64,000 nt of DNA from Lactobacillaceae bacterium UBA5807 (GTDB lineage Bacteria > Bacillota > Bacilli > Lactobacillales > Lactobacillaceae), in assembly GCA_002418005.1 (NCBI GenBank), contig DIDF01000056.1, positions 4,174-68,173 on the forward strand. The letters run 5' to 3'. Positions 17,388-27,004 of this stretch are shown here, piece by piece (position 1 is the first letter of the stretch; each line of letters opens with the position of its first letter). The translations under genes and the position numbers were made by a program. Below the pieces are notes generated by a model, which saw nothing but the letters and a program-made list of their open reading frames with translations, did no database searches and was not told where the DNA came from.

Positions 17388-18557
17388 TTAATCGATATTA
17401 TTTTCGAGTAAAAATGATTTGAAGTAATCAAATGCCATTTCTCTAATGCTTTCGATACCGATCTTTCGGACAATATCGTCATTTTCGTCATCAAGGTCAA
17501 TCATTTCAAAAGTGAGAATGCCAGTTCGAGTTTCAAAACCCAAGGGGTAGCCCATGATACTTTTGCCACTAGTTAACTGCAGTCTAAGCAATTTCTTAAA
17601 CTTAATAGATGGCAGTAATATCTCCATCAAAATGTTGTCATTGTCATCAAAGGCCCGATCTGCATTAAGAACCGGCAGAGTAAATTCTTTGGTTGCCTTA
17701 TTATAATTAACAAATCTGCGCATGACAAAAAGATAGTCAGATTCAGTGACAATTCTATAAACATTATCGTACCGCATCCAAACGTAGCCACCAAAGTGAC
17801 CATTCATATCAATTACCATCATGACTAACTCGTTGTCGTTACTGGCAATTGCCTTGCCAACGTAAAAATACTTGCGGTCATCATTTGTATCAATGATGAT
17901 CATTTGATTCTTTAACTCTGCATGTTTAATGACTGCAGCAAACTTATCTTTATGGTCTCTGGTTAAATATTCATCGTCAACATGATTGTCAGCAATGATC
18001 GTTGGCAATATCTGTTCCAAAAGATTCAACTCAGTCCCACCAAATTCGATGGCAGAAATATCATCATTTTTGATTTTGGTTTGGTTTTTGTGCGTAAAGT
18101 TAAATTTATCAACGATGGAGAAAGTAACCTCATCGTGGTCAAAGTCGGTTATGATTCCTTCATGATACTGCATTTTTTTGGCCTTTTCCGTGACAATTAA
18201 GACCATTTGTTTGTTTTGTTTAACATGCGCAACTAATTTATCAAAAATTGAATCACTGATGTTAAATGGCATATTAAATTCAGTTTTGTTAGCCAAATCA
18301 TTTTTTTCGTCAAAAGCAATTCGATCTTTCATATTTGCAAGATCATAACTGTCTGTTTCAACCTTTTGAACCGAATCAATCTTCAGATAGACTTCACCAT
18401 CTTGAATCCCATAATCATTAAACGTCATGAGAATAAAGTCTTTATCGCTTAAATACTGAACAATTCCGGTATAGACAATCTCACTATCTTGTTGATAGAT
18501 ATTAATTAATTTTTCGTCGATCGGTGCAGATCTTAATTTATCATAATAAGTGTTCAA
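17388..18557 (-). CDS. conserved hypothetical protein with four tandem beta-rich (Sm/SH3-like) repeats
   Basis: TTG start at 18557 after AAGGAAAGG; internal repeats visible in the translation. Confidence 0.7.
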   Translation of the reverse strand: MNTYYDKLRSAPIDEKLINIYQQDSEIVYTGIVQYLSDKDFILMTFNDYGIQDGEVYLKIDSVQKVETDSYDLANMKDRIAFDEKNDLANKTEFNMPFNISDSIFDKLVAHVKQNKQMVLIVTEKAKKMQYHEGIITDFDHDEVTFSIVDKFNFTHKNQTKIKNDDISAIEFGGTELNLLEQILPTIIADNHVDDEYLTRDHKDKFAAVIKHAELKNQMIIIDTNDDRKYFYVGKAIASNDNELVMMVIDMNGHFGGYVWMRYDNVYRIVTESDYLFVMRRFVNYNKATKEFTLPVLNADRAFDDNDNILMEILLPSIKFKKLLRLQLTSGKSIMGYPLGFETRTGILTFEMIDLDDENDDIVRKIGIESIREMAFDYFKSFLLENNID

Positions 18558-18573
18558 AGCTACCCTTTCCTTT

Positions 18574-19548
18574 TTAAGAAACCGCATCCTTAACAAACTT
18601 GGTAAGTTCGTCACCCTTTTTGCCTGCGCTTAATCCTACAAGTAGTTTAATCCTGGCCTTCTGACCATTCAAGCCTTGGCACAGAGTTATTCCCATCTTT
18701 TTAAGCTGAATTCCGCCGCCCTCATAGTCATAAATTTCTTGAGCAACGCCGTTATAACACCGCGAGACCAACACAATTGGAATGTCATCATCGAGTATTT
18801 TTTGAATTCCGGGTAAAGTTTGGGGTGGTAAATTGCCGGCACCCAAGCCCTCAATAACCAAACCATTGGTATCTGGGTTATCAATTGCTTCAAATAAAGT
18901 ACTTTCCATGCCAGAATAAGCCTTTAAAAGATAAACATGATCAACAACTTGATCAATGTTACATACTTCGCCCGTAATCAATTTCTGGAAATAATATGGG
19001 CGATCTTTACTAATGACTCCAATTGGGCCAAAAGTCGGAGTCCTAAAGGTGGCAACATTAGTGGTATGAGTTTTGGTAACATATCTAGCAGTGTGAATCT
19101 CATCATTCATCACTACTAAGACCCCTTTGCCATATGACTCATCAGCTGCGGCCACCGAAATTGCCGAAGTAAAGTTATATAAACCATCTGAGCCAATTTC
19201 ATTTGAAGATCTCATTGCCCCGGTCACCACAATCGGCACAGTGTTAGGAAGAGTCAGATCCAAAAAATAAGCTGTTTCTTCAAGCGTGTCGGTCCCGTGC
19301 GTGACAACGACCCCATCTACGCCATCAGCAATTGCTTTTTTAATCCGTTTCATTATCTTTAACATTATTTCTGGTGTAACATGAGGGGACGGCAAATTAA
19401 ACATCTCATCTGTAACCAGATTTATTTTACCCTTTAAAATCACTTGCTTTTGGGCAATCGGATTTGTAGCATTTGGAACAACTTCACCTTCAGAATTTTG
19501 AGACATTGATATCGTTCCGCCGGTGTGAATTGCCAAAATTGTTTTCAT
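18574..19548 (-). CDS. ansA: L-asparaginase
   Basis: Motifs HTGGTISM, THGTDTLEETAY, TGAMRS and GLGAGN. Confidence 0.93.
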   Translation of the reverse strand: MKTILAIHTGGTISMSQNSEGEVVPNATNPIAQKQVILKGKINLVTDEMFNLPSPHVTPEIMLKIMKRIKKAIADGVDGVVVTHGTDTLEETAYFLDLTLPNTVPIVVTGAMRSSNEIGSDGLYNFTSAISVAAADESYGKGVLVVMNDEIHTARYVTKTHTTNVATFRTPTFGPIGVISKDRPYYFQKLITGEVCNIDQVVDHVYLLKAYSGMESTLFEAIDNPDTNGLVIEGLGAGNLPPQTLPGIQKILDDDIPIVLVSRCYNGVAQEIYDYEGGGIQLKKMGITLCQGLNGQKARIKLLVGLSAGKKGDELTKFVKDAVS

Positions 19549-19678
19549 TTGTCCATCTCCTCGAAAAAAGATTCTTTCAGTAATTTTAACCTAAATGAAT
19601 CAAATTGTAACTAATGTCGTACTATACTATATAGCAATTTTCTAATAATTATTGAACATAAAAAAAGGAAGCTTTAAA

Positions 19679-20053
19679 GTGGCTAAGCATAAAAAAAGAT
19701 TTTACCAGCCAACAAATTCAAAAGATGCAATGCGTGAGATCGAAAAGCTATTTAATCAATATAAGGATGCACCTTTAACCAAAGAATTATTGGATTATCA
19801 TCAAAATTTGATCAACCGCCTAAATTCCGATATTTTAGCGGCAGCGAAAAAAGAAAATATTCCTCAAAGAATTAAAGCTATTCAGTCAATGACCGAGGTA
19901 ATGCAACATTGGGCTCAGGTAAAACTTGCTGGCAAGCCTTATGAAGGAAAAATGGAACACTTTCATTTTGTTGCTGATTCTGAAGAAATGAAGTTTAAGC
20001 GCCACGTTACCAAAATAAATGGCAATAATTCTATGAGATCAACTCGACATTAA
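19679..20053 (+). CDS. hypothetical basic protein
   Basis: GTG start after AAAGGA. Confidence 0.65.
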   Translation: MAKHKKRFYQPTNSKDAMREIEKLFNQYKDAPLTKELLDYHQNLINRLNSDILAAAKKENIPQRIKAIQSMTEVMQHWAQVKLAGKPYEGKMEHFHFVADSEEMKFKRHVTKINGNNSMRSTRH

Positions 20054-20163
20054 TCGACTAAATTATCAAACAAAAATCTTTAGATTGATTTTGTTGGAAA
20101 TTTATTCAATACCAGATATACTTTTTAAGGAATTTATTTTACGAACAAAAGGAGGCAGCAACA

Positions 20164-21249
20164 TTGGAAAAACCAATCATTGAGTTGCAACACGTGTATA
20201 AGAAATATGACGACCAATACGCATTAAAAGATATCAGCTTCAAACTCAATGAAGGTGAATTTTATACCCTGCTGGGACCTTCAGGATGCGGAAAAACGAC
20301 AATTCTTCGTTCAATCGCCGGCTTTACTGAAGTAACGTCCGGCAAAGTATTCTTTGATGGCAAAGAAATTAACAATTTACCAGCAAATAAACGAAAATTA
20401 AACACTGTCTTTCAAGATTATGCATTATTTCCCAATATGAACGTGTATGAAAACGTTGCTTTTGGATTAGTTGTCGCCGGAGTTGCCAAAGAAGAAATTA
20501 AGGATAGAGTTCACAACGCTTTAAAAATGGTCCAACTGGAGAAATACGTAGATCGAGAAATTTCTGAGCTTTCTGGCGGCCAACAGCAGCGAATTGCTAT
20601 TGCTCGGGCGATCATTAATGAACCAAAAGTTTTATTGTTGGACGAACCATTGTCAGCTCTGGATGCAAAGCTGAGAAAAGATATGCAGTATGAATTAAGA
20701 GACCTTCAGCAGCGACTAGGAATTACTTTTTTATTTGTCACCCATGACCAAGAGGAAGCTTTGGCAATGAGCGATAAGATTTTTGTAATGAACCAGGGTC
20801 AAATTCTACAGCAAGGAACTCCGGTGGATATTTATGACGAACCTATCAACCATTTTGTTGCCGACTTTATCGGCGAAAGCAACATAATCAAAGGGAAAAT
20901 GATTAAAGATTATTTAATTTCCTTCTTAGGCCATGAATTTGAATGTGCTGATGCCGGAATGCAACCAAATGAACCTGTTGAAGTTGTCATAAGACCTGAA
21001 GATTTAGTAATTACTTCGTCACAAAAAGGAAAGCTCCAGGTTAAAGTTGACACCCAACTTTTTCGCGGCGACTATTACGAAATTGTAGCCGTTGACGATC
21101 AAGGCAACGAATGGTTAATTCATTCGACAAATCCAACGAAGGATGATGCCATGGTTGGGCTAACTTTCGGTCCAAGTGATATGCATGTCATGAGATATAA
21201 CGAATCGGAAAGCAAATTTAATAATCGACTGGGAACCTACGAAGATTGA
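20164..21249 (+). CDS. potA: spermidine/putrescine ABC transporter ATPase
   Basis: [27 protein letters not shown] and a TOBE domain. Confidence 0.93.
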   Translation: MEKPIIELQHVYKKYDDQYALKDISFKLNEGEFYTLLGPSGCGKTTILRSIAGFTEVTSGKVFFDGKEINNLPANKRKLNTVFQDYALFPNMNVYENVAFGLVVAGVAKEEIKDRVHNALKMVQLEKYVDREISELSGGQQQRIAIARAIINEPKVLLLDEPLSALDAKLRKDMQYELRDLQQRLGITFLFVTHDQEEALAMSDKIFVMNQGQILQQGTPVDIYDEPINHFVADFIGESNIIKGKMIKDYLISFLGHEFECADAGMQPNEPVEVVIRPEDLVITSSQKGKLQVKVDTQLFRGDYYEIVAVDDQGNEWLIHSTNPTKDDAMVGLTFGPSDMHVMRYNESESKFNNRLGTYED

Positions 21250-21250
21250 G

Positions 21251-22075
21251 GTGAAAACTTTGACCAAACAATTAAAAGCATTATTTTATACCCCTTACTT
21301 TGTCTGGCTGGGATTATTTGTAATTGCCCCAGTGGGACTGATAGTTTACTACTCATTTTTTAATATTAATCATCAACTAACATTAGCAAACTACCAAACA
21401 TTTTTTGGGTCAGGGACTTATCTCATCATGACCGCAAATTCAGTTTTGTATGCTTTTCTAATCACCTTAATTGCGTTATTAATCAGCTACCCCATGGCTT
21501 ATTACATCAGTAAATTAAAACACCGGGATTTTTGGATTCTTTTAGTTATTCTGCCAACCTGGATTAATTTACTTTTAAAAGCTTATGCCTTTATTGGTCT
21601 TTTAAGTCAGGATGGATTGGTAAACAAATGTTTTGAATTATTTGGATTTGGGCCTCAACAAATTCTTTTTACTAACACCAGTTTTATCTTAGTTGCAGCC
21701 TATATTGAAATTCCTTTCATGATTCTGCCAATTTATAATTCACTTACGGATATTAGCAGCTCCTATATCAGGGCTAGCCATGATCTAGGAGCCACTACTT
21801 GGCAGACAATTCAAAAAATCATCATTCCGATGACTCTTCCGGGAGTTAAATCAGGAGTTCAAATTGTTTTTATCCCCTCACTGTCTTTATTTATGCTTTC
21901 TCGTTTAATCGGCGGCAACAAAGTTATCACTCTAGGAACTGCCGTTGAGGAACATTTCTTGACGACCATGAACTGGGGAATGGGTTCAACAATTGGCGTG
22001 GTTTTAATTATTTCAATGGTTGTTGTTATGGCACTCACTAACACCAAGAAGAAGCGAAGGCAGACAATATGGTAA
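21251..22075 (+). CDS. potB: spermidine/putrescine ABC permease
   Basis: LPTWINLLLKAYA, PFMILPIY and ASHDLGA. Confidence 0.92.
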   Translation: MKTLTKQLKALFYTPYFVWLGLFVIAPVGLIVYYSFFNINHQLTLANYQTFFGSGTYLIMTANSVLYAFLITLIALLISYPMAYYISKLKHRDFWILLVILPTWINLLLKAYAFIGLLSQDGLVNKCFELFGFGPQQILFTNTSFILVAAYIEIPFMILPIYNSLTDISSSYIRASHDLGATTWQTIQKIIIPMTLPGVKSGVQIVFIPSLSLFMLSRLIGGNKVITLGTAVEEHFLTTMNWGMGSTIGVVLIISMVVVMALTNTKKKRRQTIW

Positions 22076-22875
22076 AGGGTACTACTTCTAAAATGGGTAA
22101 AATGTACTTAGTTCTGGTATTTTTACTGCTTTATATTCCAATTGTCTTCTTGATTATCTATTCATTTAACCAAGGAACTACAATGGATAAATTTACTGGT
22201 TGGTCAATGGTTCATTATCAGGAATTGTTTTCTGATAAACGATTGTTGGCAATCTTTTTGAATACCATTTTAATTGCTTTGCTTTCATCAGTATTTTCTA
22301 CCTTTGTCGGGACAATGGGTGCCCTTTTGGTTGATAATGCCAAACGGCGCCGGACTAAAGAAACATACCTTTATTTGAACAGTATCTTGTTGGTTTCACC
22401 TGACGTTATCATTGGAGCAAGCTTTTTAATCTTCTTCACTGCTCTAGGTTTACCACTTGGATTTTGGTCGGTGCTTTTAAGTCATATTGCTTTTGAAATT
22501 CCGATTGTCGTTTTGATGGTTTTGCCACGGTTAAATGAAATGAGTTCTTCGATGGTTAATGCCGCCCGCGATTTGGGTGCTTCAAACTGGCAAACAATGA
22601 GTCAAATTGTCATCCCGTTTATTCAACCCGGAATTATTGCTGGATTTTTTATGGCAATCACCTACTCATTAGACGATTTTGCCGTTACCTTTTTCGTTAC
22701 TGGCAACGGCTTCACCACTCTTTCAGTAGAGATCTACTCAAGAGCTCGGCAGGGCATCAGTTTGGAAATTAATGCCTTATCCGGCATAATGTTCATCTTT
22801 TCTTTGATTTTGGTTACGGTTTATTACTTCATTGAAAACCGCAGTCAAGGGAAACGAAAAGTGATGGAGGCCTAA
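22069..22875 (+). CDS. potC: spermidine/putrescine ABC permease
   Basis: SPDVIIG, AARDLGA and SLDDFAVTFF. Confidence 0.92.
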   Translation: MVKGTTSKMGKMYLVLVFLLLYIPIVFLIIYSFNQGTTMDKFTGWSMVHYQELFSDKRLLAIFLNTILIALLSSVFSTFVGTMGALLVDNAKRRRTKETYLYLNSILLVSPDVIIGASFLIFFTALGLPLGFWSVLLSHIAFEIPIVVLMVLPRLNEMSSSMVNAARDLGASNWQTMSQIVIPFIQPGIIAGFFMAITYSLDDFAVTFFVTGNGFTTLSVEIYSRARQGISLEINALSGIMFIFSLILVTVYYFIENRSQGKRKVMEA

Positions 22876-22877
22876 TC

Positions 22878-23948
22878 ATGAAGAAATTATTTGCCATCAT
22901 TATTGGGATCTTTATTATTTGCATTGGATTAGCTTACGGCAGCCAGCAGCTCCAAAAATCTACCGGCGATACTGGAAACAAAGTCTTGAATCTTTACAAC
23001 TGGGGAGATTATATCGACCCTGCATTGCTTAGCAAATTTCAAAAACAAACTGGAATTCACGTTAACCTTGAGACCTTTGACAGCAATGAAGCAATGTTCA
23101 CCAAAATCCAACAGGGTGGTACCAGTTATGATCTAACTGTACCTAGTGAGTATATGGTCGAAAAAATGAAACGCAGTCATTTACTAGTTCCATTAGACAA
23201 ATCAAAGCTTACTGGATTAAATCATTATGGTTCTTCGTTTATGAACAAGAGTTTTGATCCGAAAAACAAATATTCCATTCCTTATTTCTGGGGAACTTTG
23301 GGAATTATTTATAACGACAAAATGGTGAAGCCAGGATCTCTTCTACATTGGAATCAGCTTTGGAGTAAAAAATATCGCGACGATATCATGTTGGTAGATT
23401 CCGCCAGAGATACAATGGGATTTTCACTGATTTCAATGGGAAAGTCAGTCAATACAACAAATTCCAACACTTTGTTAGCTGCCCGCAATAAATTAGTCAA
23501 GTTAGCCCCTAACGTTAAAGCAATCGTGGCCGATGAAATTAAAATGTATATGGCTCAAGACGAAGCAGCAATTGCCGTAGATTGGTCCGGAGAAGCGTCA
23601 GAAATGATGGGCAATAATTCTCATTTGCACTACGTTGTCCCAACAGAAGGAAGCAATATGTGGTTTGACAACTGGGTCATTCCAAAAACTGCTAAACATT
23701 ACAAAGCAATCTACGAATTTTTGAATTTTATGTCTGAGCCAAAAAACGCCGCTCAAAACGCTCAATATGTCGGTTACTCAACCCCAAACATTTCCGCTTT
23801 AAAGCTTTTACCAAAATCAGTTCAGAATGATAAACAGTTTTATCCAACTCAAAAAGTTATTGACCGCCTCGAAGTTTATTCCGATCTAAGTCCAGCCAAA
23901 GTCCAGCAGTATAATGATTTGTACCTTGAATTTAAGATGCATCATTAG
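22878..23948 (+). CDS. potD: spermidine/putrescine-binding protein
   Basis: YNWGDYID, FDSNEAM, PYFWGT and EGSNMWFD. Confidence 0.92.
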   Translation: MKKLFAIIIGIFIICIGLAYGSQQLQKSTGDTGNKVLNLYNWGDYIDPALLSKFQKQTGIHVNLETFDSNEAMFTKIQQGGTSYDLTVPSEYMVEKMKRSHLLVPLDKSKLTGLNHYGSSFMNKSFDPKNKYSIPYFWGTLGIIYNDKMVKPGSLLHWNQLWSKKYRDDIMLVDSARDTMGFSLISMGKSVNTTNSNTLLAARNKLVKLAPNVKAIVADEIKMYMAQDEAAIAVDWSGEASEMMGNNSHLHYVVPTEGSNMWFDNWVIPKTAKHYKAIYEFLNFMSEPKNAAQNAQYVGYSTPNISALKLLPKSVQNDKQFYPTQKVIDRLEVYSDLSPAKVQQYNDLYLEFKMHH

Positions 23949-24029
23949 ATGATTTGAAAAAGAAATTAGGCACAAAGGCAAAAAAGCATTACACTATGAT
24001 TGTCAGACATTATTTATGAGGTGAAAAAA

Positions 24030-24365
24030 ATGGCAAATAAGGAAAAACAGATGCGCCAAGAAGTTATTATTGATATGAATGAATTCTTAGTAACTTACGC
24101 GGCAACAATTCTCGATCCTAAAAAGAATATCTCTCAAATCGTTTATAATACGGGAAAAGATGATTTAACCAAATTGGACGATTTATTTAAGGATAATGGG
24201 TTCGGAAGAACTAACAAGTTCGTTAATATTGGCGAAGGATTTTTAGTTGATGCTGAACACACCGTTGAGGACGCCGTTAAAGACGAAGCCCAAAGGTTAG
24301 CAAAAGACGCAATGTCATACTTGGGATCTCATATTGATTTCTTTGAGACTTGGCGAACAGATTAA
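24030..24365 (+). CDS. hypothetical protein
   Basis: ATG at 24030 after GAGGTG. Confidence 0.65.
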   Translation: MANKEKQMRQEVIIDMNEFLVTYAATILDPKKNISQIVYNTGKDDLTKLDDLFKDNGFGRTNKFVNIGEGFLVDAEHTVEDAVKDEAQRLAKDAMSYLGSHIDFFETWRTD

Positions 24366-24379
24366 AGCTGATATAATTT

Positions 24380-24419
24380 AAAAGCGTGGAACAAATTAGA
24401 CTTTGTTCCACGCTTTTTT
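24380..24419 (+). terminator. intrinsic terminator
   Basis: AAAAGCGTGGAACAAA...TTTGTTCCACGCTTTTTT. Confidence 0.8.
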
Positions 24420-24541
24420 ATTTAAAGAAAATATTCTTTTGATTTTTTTCAGACAGGCGTTAGTATATCCTCCCAAATTAACTAGAAATGGTATGCTTAT
24501 AGATGTACCAAATGATTAGTAATTTTGGGGAGGTTACAATT

Positions 24542-25552
24542 TTGAATTTAAAGAAAACATTATTAATTTCAGCTGCCACATTAGGATTATTTGCTGCCGC
24601 ACAAGCAAATATCAATGCTCAAGCTGCATCCGCCAAATGGCAATTTAACAGAACATTAACTACGGCTGCCAATACTAGAAACGTTACTTTCACCGGATCA
24701 AATGCATTATATAATCTACCAGATGGTTTTAAAAGTGCCAAGGTTGTTGCTGGCCGAGCAACTTTGAAAAAACTGGCAAGTTCAAAAGTTTCTTCTGTCG
24801 GTAACGTCCGAGCTTATAAAGTTGCCAAACTAAACAATGGCAAAGTTTACTACAAAGTCGTTACTTTTAATGGCAAATACCGTGGCTGGATTTACGGTGG
24901 CCAAAGCACCTCTAAATTTGCTGGCGGAATTAAGAGTTACAACACATTTACTTCAGAAAAGTTAACTCAATCAATGGCCAATTCGTACTATGAACTAGCT
25001 CAAGATCCAAAAGTTTCTCAAACTATTTGGACAAACCCTAAAGATACTCAATATCAAGTTGGATCCCGTGTTATGAATTCAGCTCCACTAAATGTTTATC
25101 ATGATAGTATGTTTAAGATTACTGCCATTGGTAAGCGAACTCGTGAAGGTGACACTTGGGTTAAAATCCAAAACTTCAACTCAAATTCAACTGGTGCTAA
25201 TGGCTGGATATTATTTGATGCCCTAGAACTTGCCAAGGATCAAAGCCCAGTTCAAGAAGATGCAATCAGGATTGCTTTGGTTGATAGCAATAACCCATCT
25301 AGTGTTATTAAGACAATCGATTATACTGTTCCTGGAGTAGCAAAGTATCAATTATTAGGATCATATACAAACTCTAATTGGAATATTTCCGATGCCGATG
25401 CTCAAGCAATTTCTAAAGAAATTAATACTGCACTTGCTGGTACTGGTTATTCTTTGACTAATAGCACTTTAAGCGCTGGCCAAAGATCCTTCTTAGGACC
25501 GGCTGCGTTTGGTTTACAGAGAGTTGTCAAAGTTCCAGTAAGTAAAAATTAA
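24542..25552 (+). CDS. secreted S-layer (SlpA-like) surface protein
   Basis: TTG start after GGGGAGG and a signal peptide. NV..TGSNALY, AKVVA, VYYKVVTFNGKYRGWIYGG and TREGD.W resemble Levilactobacillus/Lentilactobacillus SlpA. Confidence 0.7.
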   Translation: MNLKKTLLISAATLGLFAAAQANINAQAASAKWQFNRTLTTAANTRNVTFTGSNALYNLPDGFKSAKVVAGRATLKKLASSKVSSVGNVRAYKVAKLNNGKVYYKVVTFNGKYRGWIYGGQSTSKFAGGIKSYNTFTSEKLTQSMANSYYELAQDPKVSQTIWTNPKDTQYQVGSRVMNSAPLNVYHDSMFKITAIGKRTREGDTWVKIQNFNSNSTGANGWILFDALELAKDQSPVQEDAIRIALVDSNNPSSVIKTIDYTVPGVAKYQLLGSYTNSNWNISDADAQAISKEINTALAGTGYSLTNSTLSAGQRSFLGPAAFGLQRVVKVPVSKN

Positions 25553-25583
25553 TTTCAATGCTAACAATTAATTAAGTTCTACT

Positions 25584-25623
25584 AAAAAAAGTCGAAATGG
25601 ATTAATTCCATTTCGACTTTTTT
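25584..25623. terminator. bidirectional intrinsic terminator
   Basis: AAAAAAAGTCGAAATGGA...TCCATTTCGACTTTTTT. Confidence 0.8.
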
Positions 25624-25711
25624 GTCTTCATAAATTCCAAGATTTTAAATTCATTTCTAGGGCTAATTCCCACAAATCATATGCATGCGGTAATCAGTTT
25701 CCCAGGTTTCC

Positions 25712-26740
25712 TTAATTTTTATTGCTAACTTCTGACCTTCTGTAGCTGATTTCATGGTCGCTATGTCTACCTTCAATTACTGTTAAAGCATCATCAAGTG
25801 ACTGCTTGACCATATTTTCAACCGCAATATCAGTAAAGAAAGCAATATGAGGAGTCAACAAAACATTAGGAATCTTTTTTAAATGATTATATAGGGGAAC
25901 TGGAGTTTCGTTTTTAAATTGATGATTAAATATCTTAGTTTCGCCCTCAACAACATCTAATGCCGCCCCAGCCAGCCTTTTTTGAGTTAATGCATCAATT
26001 AGCGCTTGAGTATCTACAACTGGCCCGCGAGAATCATTAATAAAAAATGCGGATGGCTTCATTAAAGCAAATTGTTTTTCACCAATTAAATGAAAATTAT
26101 TTTGATCGTAATAAACATGACTCGTCACAATGTCGGATCGACGATAAAGCTCGTCTTTAGAAACATAAGTCAGAATATTTTGCTTCTCCAAATCCTCTCT
26201 AGGATTCAAATCATTTCCTAAAACAGTAGCTCCAAAAAAGTGAAAGATCTTTGCCACGGTGCTGCCAATCCTACCCACACCAACTATTCCAATGGTTAAT
26301 TCTGACAATTCTCTGGATCTCAACCCATTTACGACATAATTATTATTCTTCAATCGATTATTAAACTGAGGAATATGTCGGACTAACTGCATGACTTGAG
26401 TCAAAACAAGTTGAGCAACTGCTGATGGTGAATAGGAAAGGACATTTGTGATTGTAATATTATTCTTATCCGCCCATTCCAAATTAACGGGATCAATTCC
26501 GGCTGAACGACAAGCTAACTGTTTAATTCCCAGACTTTTTAGTCTCTCATAAAATTCTGGCTTTTCACTAATCACAGTTCGCTGCTTAAAACTAACCCCA
26601 TCATATCCTTTCGCCATTTCAACAGTGTCATCATGAAGTTCCTCTGAAACACTGTCTACTTGAACATTATTTTTCTTTGCCCACTCATCAATAAATGGCT
26701 GCTCATCGTCTCGAACTTGATAGGCTAAAATTTTTGTCAT
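25712..26740 (-). CDS. D-2-hydroxyacid dehydrogenase (D-LDH/D-HicDH family)
   Basis: GVGRIG, INDSRG, ALDVVEGE and TPHIAFFT. Confidence 0.9.
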   Translation of the reverse strand: MTKILAYQVRDDEQPFIDEWAKKNNVQVDSVSEELHDDTVEMAKGYDGVSFKQRTVISEKPEFYERLKSLGIKQLACRSAGIDPVNLEWADKNNITITNVLSYSPSAVAQLVLTQVMQLVRHIPQFNNRLKNNNYVVNGLRSRELSELTIGIVGVGRIGSTVAKIFHFFGATVLGNDLNPREDLEKQNILTYVSKDELYRRSDIVTSHVYYDQNNFHLIGEKQFALMKPSAFFINDSRGPVVDTQALIDALTQKRLAGAALDVVEGETKIFNHQFKNETPVPLYNHLKKIPNVLLTPHIAFFTDIAVENMVKQSLDDALTVIEGRHSDHEISYRRSEVSNKN

Positions 26741-27004
26741 AAATTAATATCTCCCAAAACTTTTTAATTGAATAAACTTAAACTAACGCTTTTTATTTTA
26801 TTAGTACAGTAAAATTTTAGCACCTTGAATAAAGTAATCAATTCCATCCAGAATGATTTTATCTTTTTGGGATTTAAGTAAACAAAAATCCCTAAGAATA
26901 GGGACTTTCAACATTATAAATTTAAAAGACCGATAATTATGTGTTCGTTATTAACGAAAACATAATCTGTCTAAAGTTATAAGCAACTTGGGAAGTTTTG
27001 ATTT

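Noticed and set aside
25640-25740. Remnant ORF downstream of the D-hydroxyacid dehydrogenase
   Set aside because: Only about 19 codons, with no start codon and no recognisable homology.
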